A DNA stretch of 62,962 nt, counting the filler, from Sphacelaria rigidula (lineage: Eukaryota): the NCBI GenBank assembly GCA_964200075.2. It is 9 parts of 9 records of this genome, joined end to end, with 100 filler letters (N's around TTAATTAATTAA, not from the genome) between each part and the next. Parts side by side here need not be neighbours in the genome. Positions count along the whole stretch, not along the records: positions 21,023 to 27,929 come from CAXNAA020017475.1; positions 28,030 to 34,936 come from CAXNAA020017476.1; positions 35,037 to 41,943 come from CAXNAA020017477.1; 6 more parts are not named here. One strand, given 5' to 3'. Positions within the stretch are counted from its first letter, which is position 1; the number at the start of each line of letters is the position of its first letter. The position numbers were made by a program, and so were the translations under genes. This document shows, in pieces, positions 24,501 to 37,449 of this stretch. A model generated the notes under the pieces. That model had not been told where the DNA came from and ran no database searches. It saw only the letters and a list, made by a program, of their open reading frames with translations.

Positions 24501-25188
24501 TGGAAACTCTTTTGTACGTTCAGGAACCGCTATCGGTGATCTGCGGTGGAGTCGAGTCGGCAAAAGGCTGTGCCAGTACTAAAGGCTGCGAGTAAACCAG
24601 AAACGTCGCATGAAATTCGTCGGGGGCTTGACGCGTTTGGGCAACCTAAAACCACCACCTTTGCACCGAAGCCCTCCTGCAACTTGGCGACTCCACCAGC
24701 GCCAAGCAGCCTCGCTAAGCCGGAGTAGTGAGAGCGATTCCTGGGAAGAAGAGAACGGGAACGAGACGGGCAGGCCGTAGGCATCATGATATTATGTTCA
24801 GGGATGCAAACGCGACAAGTAGGAAATTGCACTGAAATTGCTCCGTGAAACAACTGCTTTGCCGACAGCGTGTGGTACAACTTACGTAGGGAGTATCGAC
24901 GGCCGCCGAGGAGAGATTGCGAGCGACCAAATGCATTTTTTGTCGACCGCGGAGAGATGAGTGGGGCCTTGGAGACCACGGACTGATCCCGAGGAAGGGG
25001 AGGGGTTCAGGGTGCGACAAAAACAATCATACGTGGTGCAGTTGCCGAAGTTACTCAGTCGAGTGCGCCGACAGGCTTGCCTCTCACCTCTCGATGTTGC
25101 TCTGATGCCACTGCTCTGAGTCGCTTACCCCAAGGACAAGGTCAAGCATGGGCAGCTCCCGAGGGGAGGCCACATTCTCGGCGTATCC
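21538..25188 (-). CDS. TAM41: Mitochondrial phosphatidate cytidylyltransferase Tam41/Mmp37. Exons 25188-25088, 24740-24659, 24263-24133, 23029-22872, 22401-22301, 22073-21950, 21704-21538; 5' exon(s) not located
   Basis: GT-AG phase-consistent splicing gives MLDLVLGV..WHQSNIERNRSHYS..KYGVVS..DLEDWTWLYAAGRLHKPV..NLVSALKAALLLLP..IAGLSYIGDFRMYFGENPQKVNNIV..QGAKGVLTAG, the characteristic Tam41 motifs. Confidence 0.95.
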
Positions 25189-27490
25189 CTGAGAACCGTC
25201 AGCATAGTTTTAACACGGTACAGCAAAGTCAAACTTGAGATGCAAGGCGGGAATAATGTACAATATGATTCAGTGAAGGAAACCACGGGGGCGAGACACC
25301 CTCGAGACTGGGACGTTTGTTCTCTGCAGACGTGCACACCACGTCGAGGTGAACATCACTACAAAAGCCGTTGATCCCTACCGCGAGGTGTTCCTACCGC
25401 GACAGCGCAATATATGTTGTCACGTGAAGGTTGGTGCGGGAAATTGACAACTGAAAACGTTTGAAAAACATCGGTGACGACAGCAATGACTATGCTGGCG
25501 TGGCACGATAAATAGTGAAATCAAGGAGAGCAAAAACGACTGCACACGCTAGCAGAGCGAACATCTACAGGGATAGAGCGCGGAGGCTTCGCAGCTTCGT
25601 CGACCCAAGACAAGGTCTCGAGCGGTGGAATAGATGGGCATATACATATCCTCTGATCATGACACTTGAATAAGACTGGGACCCATGCATGTAGCAGCCC
25701 CGACAAACAAAAACATGCCTGCCGTACAATCTTGTGCACGCGGCTTCCACAGAGACGTTTATTCCGTAGGTGGGAGGACACCCCCTACTCGGCGGTATTT
25801 TGGCCTTTGATGTCGACTGTTGGACACGTGTCATGTCACGTCGTCGAAAGCTGTGCCGTTTGAACATTTTCCGACATATTACGATGCACACTGTAGCGTG
25901 TTGCTTGCGGGTTAGGATTCATTTGGCCGAGAAATGCTGACGCAAAAAACTTGTCTCACAATCAGGTACATCTGCGATCAGGCAGGCCTTGGCCATATCC
26001 TTACAACGGCGATGCGTAATAGAATAGAGAATCTATAAGCACACCTGTCGAGGGGGGAGACGCCGAATCCAAGGTGCCTATTTCGATATCGGCGTCCATT
26101 CCAAGGATTATGGCACCGTCTACACCTCATGTGTCTAATTCGATATATTGAAAGCAGCTGGTGATAAAAAGAAGGCCGGAAATCGATCGGACGTCATTGG
26201 ATTGGGAGCGTAGACAACGGGTGGCACATGAGTAAAAGACTGCACCACACCACCATTTTTCACATAAGATCCAACTTGATGGGAGGAGGGGGGGGGGGCG
26301 TACTCATTTGTAGCTTGCCTTCGTCGTTTGACCATTTGCCACGCATTTCGAGACAGAGTCCGGGGGAGGGAAGGGTGGGTACTACAAATCCTGGTAATTT
26401 CGCTGCCAGACGTGGTAAGACTTCTAAAACTGAAGTTGGTTGATGTGTTGAGTGTATGTTGCTTTACTCCGGGCAAGGATGTACACTTTGCGGAAGATTG
26501 GTACGAGTTGACCACGACTCAACAAAACCGAAGCAATTTGGTCATGAAAATTAAACACGACGCGGGCGAGTTCTCGAAAAATGAAAGAAAAACAATTTGT
26601 CGCCCAAAGAACTCCACAAACGGGGCACGCACTTGCCACATTCACTGACCGCAATATACATGGACCAAACGATCTATGGAATGCCATCATTATAATTACC
26701 CCATCTACTGAAAACTAATGCATGTTCCCCACGGGACGCCGGTATGACCACAAAAGAGGTCGAAAAAAGATCATGATGCGAAAAACCGGCCGATAGAAAG
26801 CTGCACAGAAGTTAGCTTCCAATACTCCACGAGCCAGGCAAAGCAGGACGCCCGGGCAGTGAAATGATTTTGTCTGTGTTCCTTTTCGATCATTAGGATC
26901 GCAGCAGGCTGACATCATTGAGCAGTGAAATTGGGGCTTTATTGCGGTCTAGCTTAACTTCGCGGAGCGGTCAAAGCGAACAGGATGGCTGTGCCCTATA
27001 CGCCTTCGTATCCAGCTTGCGTTGCCGTTGGCACAACAGCGGGGCTTCAACGCGAAAATAGGGCAGCTACTGGCGGTGTGCAACGCTACCTCGAGATGGC
27101 ATGAGGTATGTGCGAGGCAATGGCCTGACGGGCCCGGACCCCCTTGGTTACGTTGAGGCGGTGTCGTTTCCGCCAAAACAACGATTCCGAACCCCCCAAC
27201 GGGAAGAAAAAAACGGCCTGCTTTGGTATTGGCGCTAGAGGGGTCAATGCGACTACAGTGCTACATCTGCTCACAGTATACAATTTGTTATCTCGTGTTT
27301 GACGCATTCCAAGAACTCATAGGTCGAAACGTGATGGATGACGAGCATGTGTTGATTTCGCCTTAACCAAAATGCCCACATCGTGGGCAAACAGAAGAAT
27401 AAAATGAGGTACGTATGTTCCACGGGCACTTTTCACACGTGGAGGGCCATCGTCATTTGTATGTAACAAAAAACGGTAGTTCACACTGGT

Positions 27491-27805
27491 CGCCCTGGTG
27501 GCTCAATCGGTAACCTTGACACCTTCTGGCGGTTGGGTCGTGGGTTTGAATCTGGTCAATTCACACGATCTGGGATTTTTCTCACATCATGCCAACAGTG
27601 GAGTGCGACTGGGTACAGAAAAATCGACTTCATGGTCGACGAGGTAAAGAGACCACTGAACCCTTTTCCAGATCAAGAGATTGACGAGCCGCGCAGAGGG
27701 AAGGTGAAGTGCCAAAACAAAACACTGAATGAAAGTAAACTCCTGTGTTGACCTTTCCCGTCTGACCCGGCTGGTGCGCCGACAAATGCCAAAATATGTG
27801 GACTG
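27491..27805 (+). mobile_element. tRNA-derived SINE copy (diverged)
   Basis: GCCCTGGTGGCTCAATCGGTAACC..GGTTGGGTCGTGGGTTTGAATCT..TGGGATTTTTCTCACA..CTCCTGTGTTG, colinear with the 14786 copy. Confidence 0.8.
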
Positions 27806-27829
27806 TGTGTTGCGTGGTACCATGATATC

Positions 27830-27929
27830 TATTCTGGACGCCAGTCTACACGTTTCGGTGTATGTGGGCGCATCAGCGGGGGTCACACAGGAGGAAGGCC
27901 AACACAGGAGTTTTTTTTCATGCTTGGGA
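27830..27929 (-). mobile_element. 3' end of a further SINE copy, tail-to-tail with the previous one
   Basis: Reverse complement of CTCCTGTGTTGGCCTTCC..TGTGACCCC..GTGTAGACTGGCGTCCAGAATA seen at ~15040-15118. Confidence 0.8.
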
Positions 27930-28571
27930 NNNNNNNNNNNNNNNNNNNNNNNNNNNNNNNNNNNNNNNNNNNNTTAATTAATTAANNNNNNNNNNNNNNN
28001 NNNNNNNNNNNNNNNNNNNNNNNNNNNNNATTTGGATGACAGCCTACAATGAGTTGCTTCATTATCTGGTATCGCCACTTCCAGAGACAGCCACGGCTTA
28101 TACACTGCCTCAAGGGTGCCTTACCATTACTACACTACGTGGTACGAGCATCTCCTTTGCGCGGAGTTGAGGTTTTCCCTCGCCGCACAATATGATCTAG
28201 CGCGACCACCATCATGGTTACCGCAAAAAAACGCAAGCGCGCAAAACAATCGGTAACCTGGTTGCCCAGGTTAACGTAGTAAGTGGCGTGTTTAACAGCG
28301 TCATTGCCAACCGACGGCAACCCCCTAGGGGGGGCCGCCCGTACAAAGCCGGGACGGAGCACGCCGGGTTTTTGCCGCACCAGGCTGAGAGACGGGGGGG
28401 GGGGTGCATCGCGCACATCAAATATACACACGTCACGATTATCATCATTTAGCTATCAATAGGGCCAGAAGATGGAGGACTCCATGATTTGTAAGGAATA
28501 GCAGGGACGATATTGGAAAGACGAGCTTTCTTCTGCGACCACGGGTTCGAGAGATCGGACTAATGTGCGGA

Positions 28572-28610
<39 letters not shown>
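28572..28610. repeat. (AAT)n microsatellite
   Basis: About 13 perfect AAT units. Confidence 0.95.
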
Positions 28611-28611
<1 letters not shown>

Positions 28612-29337
28612 GTAAGGGTTATTCTCTGCGGCAGCGAAACACGGAGAATATGTCGTGTTTTGCACTTGGTTTCAGTAGAGCGGTGGAATCCCGCTCATAT
28701 CTCCCGGCAACGGCACAAACAAGAAAATATGTAATTTTTATTTACCCTTAATGTTGGTGCTAAGTTTTGAGATATTATCTCTTGCATTTCGTACGAACAC
28801 AGCGGAAACGCGAACTTGATATTGTTTTCCCTTGAGTTTAGCAGAATATTGGAATGTCCGCTTACATTTCCGTTTTTTGTTTGTTTTATTCCTCCAGTTT
28901 ATTTTCGCGCACCTTATCCAGAGCACGTGCATGCCGAGTGCAATTCGCCCACCCATGCGACAGTCAGTCTCGGGGGTGCCTCGTCATTATCCAAGGGAAA
29001 ATACCGCGAAACGGAAGCCAGAGTAGATTCCAAGGTGTTCGCGACCACGGGGGTCCGTTACTGTGCCACGATCAATAGAGCCAAAACTTTCTTCACGTGA
29101 CTAGTGGAGTGTTTTTGGCTCCCAAAACTTCTTGTATTCCAGCGGCCGCTAGGGATGATCGAATGATTGCTGGAAGCAACCGATGCCGGAGAAAGAATCA
29201 GCTGTTTTACAGCCGTGGTATCACACAGTTCACTGATGCCTATTTTTGCCCATACCTGTACATGAAAGAAAACTTGCGAGGTTTTCCAAAATGAAAGGGT
29301 CGGCCGAGGGGTATTCCTTTTCATATGTTTAATTTTT

Positions 29338-29560
29338 ATTGATTGATTTGATTGATTGTCGTACTTTAACTGACAACCCAGGGATTCAGGCGTGGTCACA
29401 TGATAGACGTACACGAGACAAGAAGAACACTGAAGCACTCGCTGAACAAAAGTGTAGAAAACAGAGGCGCGAGAACAGACGAACAGAGTAGACTATGAAA
29501 AAGAAAAAGGAAACCAAAGAAGATACCAAAATTATCGAAGAAGAAATAAACAAAGCTGTA
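29338..29560 (-). mobile_element. LINE 3'-end copy with (TCAA)n tail
   Basis: Minus strand CGTCTATCATGTGACCACGCCTGAATCCCTGGGTTGTCAGTTAAAGTACGACAATCAATCAAATCAATC, preceded by a T-rich tract. Confidence 0.7.
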
Positions 29561-30820
29561 AAAGATCGACCTCTGCCACATGGCTTCGGTGGAGGAGGTC
29601 TTGTACAGAAACCATTCTCATAACCAATCAATCGTAGAATACAAATAAACCGTGGAAACAGATCGCGGCTCATCTGCGACGACCTCAATTTATTGGGTAT
29701 ATACATATATATATTGAGAAACAGGGTAGTTTCAGAAAGGACTTCGAGCGATTTGATGGGTGTCCCACGTGTCGCAAATGAAGATGACGAGCAAACTGTG
29801 TTCGACTTTATGTTCCCCCCCAAAAGCCCGACAATATTTCAGATATATACGCACAAACCAATACCCCTTCTTATATTCTCTGCTGCCCTCCCGCCCGGCA
29901 CACCAGCCTTTACCACCCAAAATGTTTTCGGTGGTCGTTCGTTGCTCAACCTCCCCTACTTATGCGCCGCCATTTTGTTGAGGGAATTTCTCCGCAACCC
30001 GGCCCCCGAATTCTATAGTGGTTGAACACACGTGGTTTTTGTCATAGCATAAGACTACCCTAACCTCAACCCCCACCCAAGGCAGATCGAGAATCCTCGG
30101 GCAAGGGGGGTGCAAAGGGTGTTCTAGGCAAACGTATGTTGGCAGAGTGCAAGTCAGCGCCGCGGGCTGAGTACGCTGGGGGTGCCCTCGGAACTGTGAA
30201 CCTATGAAAAGATCCGAATATGATGGTTCACACTAGAACCACGTACTTCCAACCATGGGCGTGCGTAGCCGGGTTGGAGACAACTCGATTGCTATTTTTG
30301 CTTTTTTTTTTGCTTCACCAATTAAGAACAGGATTCGACTCTTTTGTTCGGTCCTGTAATAGCTCAAGAACTACTTCGGAACTTTCAGCGACACTGGAGA
30401 TGGGCAGGCGCTCAGACCTTGCCAGGGCTTCCTTGCAGCTCATGTAACTGCAGCATGAGGATCGCGCCGCTGTTCACAGTGCTGCGTCGACTATTATGGA
30501 TGTGTTCATGAAGAGCTACACTGTCACCACACCCGCTTCTGTATTGCTCTGGCCTCTGTGTGCTGCGCTACGGCACTACGCGCATGTGCGGGGCGTCACC
30601 TCGCCTCAGGGAGCACCCCTGAACCATTACGCGTGTATTATTATCCATTGGTGATGGGTGCTCAACCATGCATCACGACACACCCGATCGCAACAACACA
30701 TTCATCCATCCTTCCATCCGCCGCTGCCGACACCACAGACGAAAAACCACCACCGCCTGGTATGTACCCGCTTCGTTCAACAACACCACGTACACACACG
30801 CATATTCACCAATCGTACAG

Positions 30821-31609
30821 GCACTGCTCATCAATAGCGCCAATCTCATGGGAGGAACTTCCGAACCAGATGAAAGCCGTGGCTTTGGTCGGGTACACCT
30901 AGCACCCGGCATGCCTTTAGGCGGCGGTGCTGCTGGAAATTCTCGGGCGCTGTTCGTCGCGGATGCAGTTGCGCACAACACGTCTACGTCGGAGCTCACG
31001 GCGACAGACTATCCGTTTCGCGTGGATTGCGCCGCCGGCGTGGACCTTCGGGCGACGCTGTCATGGATCGATCCCCCAGCTTCAGCTCTTTCCACCGTGC
31101 AGCTGCTGCACGATCTCGACCTGGCCGTTTTTTCGCCCACGGGCGTGCGGTACAGCATGTGGCACTCCGGGGAGACGGACTTGGTTAACGTCAACGAGCG
31201 CGTTGTCGTGCCCGTGAGCCATTTGGAACAGTACTGTAATAATGAGAGCACTGGAAAAGATGATGACGATAATGATGCTGCTACTGCTGCTACTGCTGCT
31301 ACTGCTGCTGCTGCTGATGATGATGATAATGTCGATGGTGGTAGCTATGAGGACATTTGGATCGTCCGAGTGTGGTCCAAGCGACTCACCGTCGAGGCGC
31401 AAGCGTATTCGCTGGTCGTTACAGGAGCGATCAGTCCTGTTTGGTACGACCACCAAACGGGGAAAGACGGCGGGGAGGGGGCAGTGCCGGCGGCCTCCGC
31501 GACGTCGTGGTTCGTTGTGGGCGTAGGGGCTGCCCGGGTTGTGATTGGTGGGTGTTGGTTGTTGGTGGTCACTCTGACGATGTCGCGATGTGCAATCGTC
31601 TTGCAGTAG
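30821..31609 (+). CDS. Terminal exon of an S8 subtilisin-like serine protease (KP-43/Tag type): end of catalytic domain, C-terminal beta-barrel and hydrophobic tail
   Basis: acag|ALLINSANLM..RGFGRVHL..LRATLSWIDPPAS..LLHDLDLAV..DLVNVNERVVV..QAYSLVVTG matches the KP-43-type C-terminus. Upstream exons not identified. Confidence 0.85.
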   Translation, partial: ALLINSANLMGGTSEPDESRGFGRVHLAPGMPLGGGAAGNSRALFVADAVAHNTSTSELTATDYPFRVDCAAGVDLRATLSWIDPPASALSTVQLLHDLDLAVFSPTGVRYSMWHSGETDLVNVNERVVVPVSHLEQYCNNESTGKDDDDNDAATAATAATAAAADDDDNVDGGSYEDIWIVRVWSKRLTVEAQAYSLVVTGAISPVWYDHQTGKDGGEGAVPAASATSWFVVGVGAARVVIGGCWLLVVTLTMSRCAIVLQ

Positions 31610-34600
31610 TATTACTGCCGTCGACGAGGTACAATTTTGTAACTTTTTGAGATATTGATGCCTGTTGTGTGTGTGTTTTGCGTTGTTTTGCTGGGGGAGA
31701 GTGGGGGGGGGGAGGGGTTCAAGAGAGGTTCTTCAAGATGAGGCCCAACCCAAAACCAAAGTTCAACCCCGAAGCAGCTCCTTCCTAGCCTGGAACTATA
31801 TATCTAGGATGATGGATCTTGATTATTTGTATCAGATCTACTTCTCCTCGATGGTGTGAATACGTCTTGATAGGCTTTCACCAACAATTCTATACACCGA
31901 TACCACTGGGCGAGGGCGTCTGCTTGCCTTCATTGTGAGGTGTGATGAATTCAGCGGAGGAAACCGCGTCCGCTCAGCGCTGAGGGCATACGTACATAGT
32001 TTGTGAAAGCTGGTGAAGGAGGACCCACGCGATCGAGGGGCATTAGGTCCACAAAAACGCTATCGCTCATGATCTAGTTCTGGGTTGGGGAATGCGTTGT
32101 TTCGGGCTCGAGCCGCATCTTCGAGGAAACTACGTGGGTACAGTAGGAGACGCGTGATTATTGTGTTGAATACGCCAGGAGCGGAAAAATAGGCGTTGTT
32201 GTGCTCTATATGCTAGCTAGGATGGTGTTTTTTTTCGCATTTTTTCACTGTAGGCGTATGTGTGTTCGTGTTGTTAGCGGCGTAGAGTGCATGGACGGAC
32301 GGGCAAAACCGAACGTAGCAGTTCGTAGTCTTTTGTCGTCCAGATTTTTGGCGGGGGTGTGTTTGTGTGTGTGTGTGCTGTGCTTTGTCGTGTTTTTGTG
32401 CCGCATGTTTACGTGCGTGGTGGACTAATTTACAGCGGGTCTGAGAGACACGGTACGTAAGTACCGTGATCGCTGCGGTAGAGCTCTCCGTGTAGATAAG
32501 GATTATTGGTGCTGTATTGTCCGCAGATACTGCTGTTGTCCAGAGAGTAATTTCTGCCGCTGTCTTTATACACATAATTACGACGGATAGAGGGTTTATT
32601 CGCGTAGTTAGCTGTCATACTTTGTTTTAAATTAGTTGTTGGCGTCATGCTTCGTTGTGTGGATGTTGTCCGGAAAGCTTGTCACTTTTTCACGCGCAGC
32701 CGACAAAGCTTGCCGACATGCAAAGGGGGGGGGCGTACTCATTTGTTGCTTGCCTTAGTCATTTGACCATTGACCACATGCAAAGGGGTGCCATATCTCT
32801 TGTCGTGTAGCTACCACACCCAAAACATTCCTTCTGAGATTCAATTTTGTGTAGTGGTGAAAGGGAGTACTTTTTTAAAATAATTAAATCCAAGCAATTA
32901 CGTTGCTAGAGATCGTTAAGAAAGTAATGGAATTAGTTCAAGTGTTGATGGCGTGGTCCTGAGCTCGTAGCGAGGGTGTACGTACACTGTTTTCGATATT
33001 GTGATATGATTCGACCGCGAGCCAGATAGATCGAACTGATGCGGTGACTGGAAAACGCCAGAAAGGCAGCTGACTCTTGGAGCTTCCGTGCAGAACGCCC
33101 CGCACCTGTATAAAGGGCGTTAAAAATATCCATGTTTGAAGTTACCTCTTCCACCGCTAGGAGTAGGTCATGGGTTGAATAGGTAACATTTGTTTCATTT
33201 GACACATGCGTCTGATACCCCAGATCGTCATCCCCGGGGATCAAGGGGTCAACAAGTTGTCTATGTACGTTGGATCACTTCTGTAGCTAATGCAATGGCT
33301 TGGATAGACCTTCATACTGCGTTTGTAGTGGTTCTCGGCCGAACGGTAATTTTTCGCGTGAGGCTAGAAAGGGAGGCGGGACGGTACGAGGGCAGGGGGG
33401 CGGGGTACTCATGATCTTGCATGCCGTAGTCGTATGTCCACTGACCTTGCATCCCTACAAAGCCGGGGCGAAGCACGCCATTTCGTCGCCGGACCAGGCT
33501 TGCAATCAATTACCAAGCGCGAAGAGCCGCGGTATATTCGGCGAGTCGCATAAAGGGTGAGCCGTGGGGGAGCAGCGGGGGGGGAAGGAACTGAGCTTAC
33601 AGATATGCCACCCGTGGCGATGAAAACATTGATTTACAATATTTAAAACATTTTGCGGTCCCGTGATGGATGGTAGAGCACTAGTTGTTTTACTAGGTCA
33701 TGACAAGTATGGTGCACCAGATCGCCCGCCCCCTGCTTGAAAAATAGGGGGCTTCGAAGTCGTCCTTCGCATTTTACCCCTGCTTTGTGATGCACACTCC
33801 CAGAGGGTCCCGGGCGTGATGATGATTTTCGCACGTAGCACGAAACACACCATGACATTTATTCTAACGTGTCCCAACTTTTGCCAGACTTTAGAACTGC
33901 GACAAAACCAAAAACTAAGTCAATTATATGACAAGTCTAAGTGAGTGCTACCGCAGTAATATGGAGAAATTCCCGAAAAGTGCCCGTTGAGGCTCCATCA
34001 TCTTTACTTCGCATTGTTGGCGACACCGTGAGTTGACCGTGTGTCTCTTCTTCATGAGCAGCAAAAGGTTCAGGGTTGGAATTCTCGCTCACATAAACTC
34101 GGCGAACTAACGCCAACAAGCATTCAATGTTGAGCAGGACAGACTTGGGAAATTGGTGAGAATTCAGAAGAATTGATGGGTGACTTGCAAGCACAGCTCA
34201 CAACCTTGCAGGTAAATCTCCCGCGAAGATCGTTGGCCTCGCAACCCTACGCACACGCAAGAAGAGACGTAAATGTGAAGAATGGTGTAAGACCCTCATC
34301 GCTACACCACGAGAAGGGTGAAATATTTGAACCTCTTTTTGGTCAAGGATGCGCGAAGAGGCCCATGAGGGACGGGGGGGTGCTGATATGTACACTACAG
34401 TACCACATAAGAGGGAGGAGCTTCGTCGAGATCCAATCATATTTTCACACATACCTGTGTGTTGAATTAAACGTGTATCTGGGAGCTGAGTGTTGGCATT
34501 GCTTGTGCTTGTTCACTGAAAAGTGTTGTCCGGATGCACGTGAAGATAGGTGGGCCGCTTTTTTTTGTCATGCCGGATAGACAGCAGTTTCAGGGTGCAT

Positions 34601-35155
34601 TCGTATTATGTTTCTACGGTTTCCGACGGGTATCGGGTCGATGATACTGCATTATGACCATTTCTTGTGCGTGTGAGAGTTTTGCTCTTTTTCTTTTACA
34701 ATATGTTTGTTTGCACGTGGCCAATCGACTCCCATCCGGCAGCGTGGAATTTCTCCAATCCTCAGAGTATTTCGTATTACTCTGCTATGGTCGCTGTTGC
34801 TCACTCGAGAGTATGTGCAATCCCCTGCAATCCTCTGCAGAGCTTTATGATATCATCCCCCCCCCCCCCCCCCCCCCCCCCGGCCCCAAACTGCAGTCAG
34901 CCAACGCCGTGGGTCCACGAGGCTCTCAAAAAATCCNNNNNNNNNNNNNNNNNNNNNNNNNNNNNNNNNNNNNNNNNNNNTTAATTAATTAANNNNNNNN
35001 NNNNNNNNNNNNNNNNNNNNNNNNNNNNNNNNNNNNGATGGAACATTACTCTCGTGGCTCTCAGGCCGGTTTTGGCCCCAAAAGTGCAGACCCTATCGCA
35101 GCATTACTCCACTGCTGCCACGCGCATCAGCCGTGGCTTACCACTAGTGCATTTT

Positions 35156-35993
35156 TATTACAACAAGCTGGGAGGAGAGACGAGAGTGCTCTACGATCAA
35201 CCGCATGTCGTTGCATTCGAGACCCACGCCATCAACCGCCGACAGCAAGGCTCTTGTGGTTTTCACGCGACGCTGTCGGCAGTACGCCAGGCAAACCGGA
35301 TCATAGCTACCTCCCGTCTGCGCAGTGGTGGTCACGCTAACAGACTGTACCGATTCCGCAAGACCTGTGAAAGCTAGAGAGTTTGATTTTCATGAGCTGC
35401 ATGCACAAGATGAAAGCGGTTCCCAAAACCTTAGGGAGGATGGCTTCCCTGTCCCCCAGCCAGGCATCGATGAACAAGGAAAGACTTTTACAGGCGGGTA
35501 CAACACATCTGGGGGCCCGAAGGAGTTTCTTGCCATCAAAATCTGTGTATTCCAAGCTGCAAAGTGTTCCAAGTGCATTGTTTTCTAATACGAACGGTAA
35601 CTTGTCGATTTATGTTCCGTTGTTCGAGCACTGTCCGATGCCGACGCCGGATAAGTGTCGTATTGCTGTTCGACAGTTTCTTCGGATGTTCAACTGGACC
35701 TGAAGCGGCCACCTTCCCTCAGGATTCAGAACCGTTTTCGTTTTGTGCATGCAGCTCATGAAAATCAAACTTTCTAGCTTTCACAGGTGTTGCGAAATCG
35801 GTGCAGTCTGTTAGCGTGACCACTACCACGCAGACGGGAGGTAGATATGATCCGGTTTACCTGCTGTACTGCCGACAGCGTCGCGTGAAAACCACACGAC
35901 CCATTCTGTCGGCGGTTGATGGTGTGGGTCTCGAATGCAACGACATGCGGTTGATCCTAAAGTACTCTCGCCTCTCCTTTCGAGTTGTGATAA
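35156..35993. mobile_element. Fold-back element / large MITE with ~280-bp inverted arms
   Basis: 35156-35440 pairs with 35710-35993, e.g. GATCAACCGCATGTCGTTGCATTCGAGACCCAC / GTGGGTCTCGAATGCAACGACATGCGGTTGATC. Confidence 0.9.
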
Positions 35994-37449
35994 CCCATGA
36001 CCTCCTGACATCAGAATAATTATTACTTATGGGAAGGTACTCGTGCTGTACCGAGCTGTCCACGCGACCACCGTATGTGTGCTGCAGATTGCCTATGCGC
36101 CACGCTAGCAACAGTTAGGTCACCACCATGGGTATCCTTTTTTCACTCCGCATGCCAAAAAGGTCTCTACAAGTGTTTGATCTCACATACACCCCTCTCA
36201 ACTGGCCCTTCTGCTCGCGCGCCCGGCTTGGAGAGGTCGGCGCAAATCAAAGATGAATAACACCCCCTAAGTTCAAATTGGATCTATCTGTTGTTATTGC
36301 CGCAGCACCGCCCTTGCTGGCATGTGTGTGACAGAGTTCAGTAGCAGCGGTGACGGGAACATTGCCCTGTTTTTCAACGACATCTTCTTCAGTGCACAGA
36401 CGCGCGTCTTGTCCAAAAACAGAGGCAGAGAGTAATTGATCTTCGCATCAAGCAAGCAAGAAGAGACGGAATCTCTCCGCAGCTCGGTCTCAAGGCACAA
36501 CATGGAAAATTGGGTACATGCTAGTAAGATCGATGATGCGAGTCTCTCGAGCGATAGTGGTAATCGCCGAGCAAGGACACGCAAAGGACACGGGCGAGGA
36601 GCTTCCTCTCTGTCGTTGCTTCTCTCTCTGGTGATATCGTCATCGACACGCGTGTATGCCGCATTCGTTGGGTGAACCTAGCCAGAGTTTCTTAGCCCTT
36701 GGACCGCGGTGCCGGTAGTCCATCTGAACCACGTGTACTTTTTTCAAGTGAACATTGATGCCGATTCAGCAGGTGACCTACACTCGCGGTCTAACGGTTA
36801 ACTCCTCCTGCGGAGTTTTGGGGAGGAAGATACTTTCGCTCTGTGTTACTGTTTCGTATCTTCCCTGCAATAGAGAAATGCGACTTCAACCTCATTTTTT
36901 GTTGCAACCCCAAAAATTAGGATCCACTGTTGAATGTGTTGTACACACACAGCTGTCTAGCGGCAGTGCTATTTCCACCCCGCAGATATGCGCCCCATCT
37001 CCTGGGTGCGTGATTTTGTTTTTCACGTGGGTTTTCGATACCAGTCACCTTGAAGCTTGCGGCACCCAGCCCAACCTGCTGGGGATGTGTCGCCGCTTGT
37101 GTTCAGTAGTCTGACCATCAAACTAGTCATATCTTTATGCAAATAATGAATTTCGATCTCAGCGGCGCACACCGCTTGTGGTGATTGGATCGAACTCCTG
37201 TTCAAGCCACCGGCTCTTCGGCTACATGTCTCTCGGTTTTCACATACATACAGTACACCCGCATACAAATGTCCAGCGCTCACACTTTTGTGGTGTGAGT
37301 GCACACTTCATATCTATGCAATTCCGACATACGGTACTGACTGAAACCATCATGCGCACCGAACACCATCTGAACCGAACGCGTTGGATATCCGAGTGCA
37401 TCACGACTCTACACTTGTGCAGCATACGGACGGATGTTCTTAAATTTCG

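Noticed and set aside
25500-27300. First exon of TAM41 (expected YGSG motif)
   Set aside because: No convincing exon with that motif was found by eye, so it is left unannotated.
28456-28751. Poly-Tyr / poly-Asn ORFs
   Set aside because: They are translations of the (AAT)n microsatellite.
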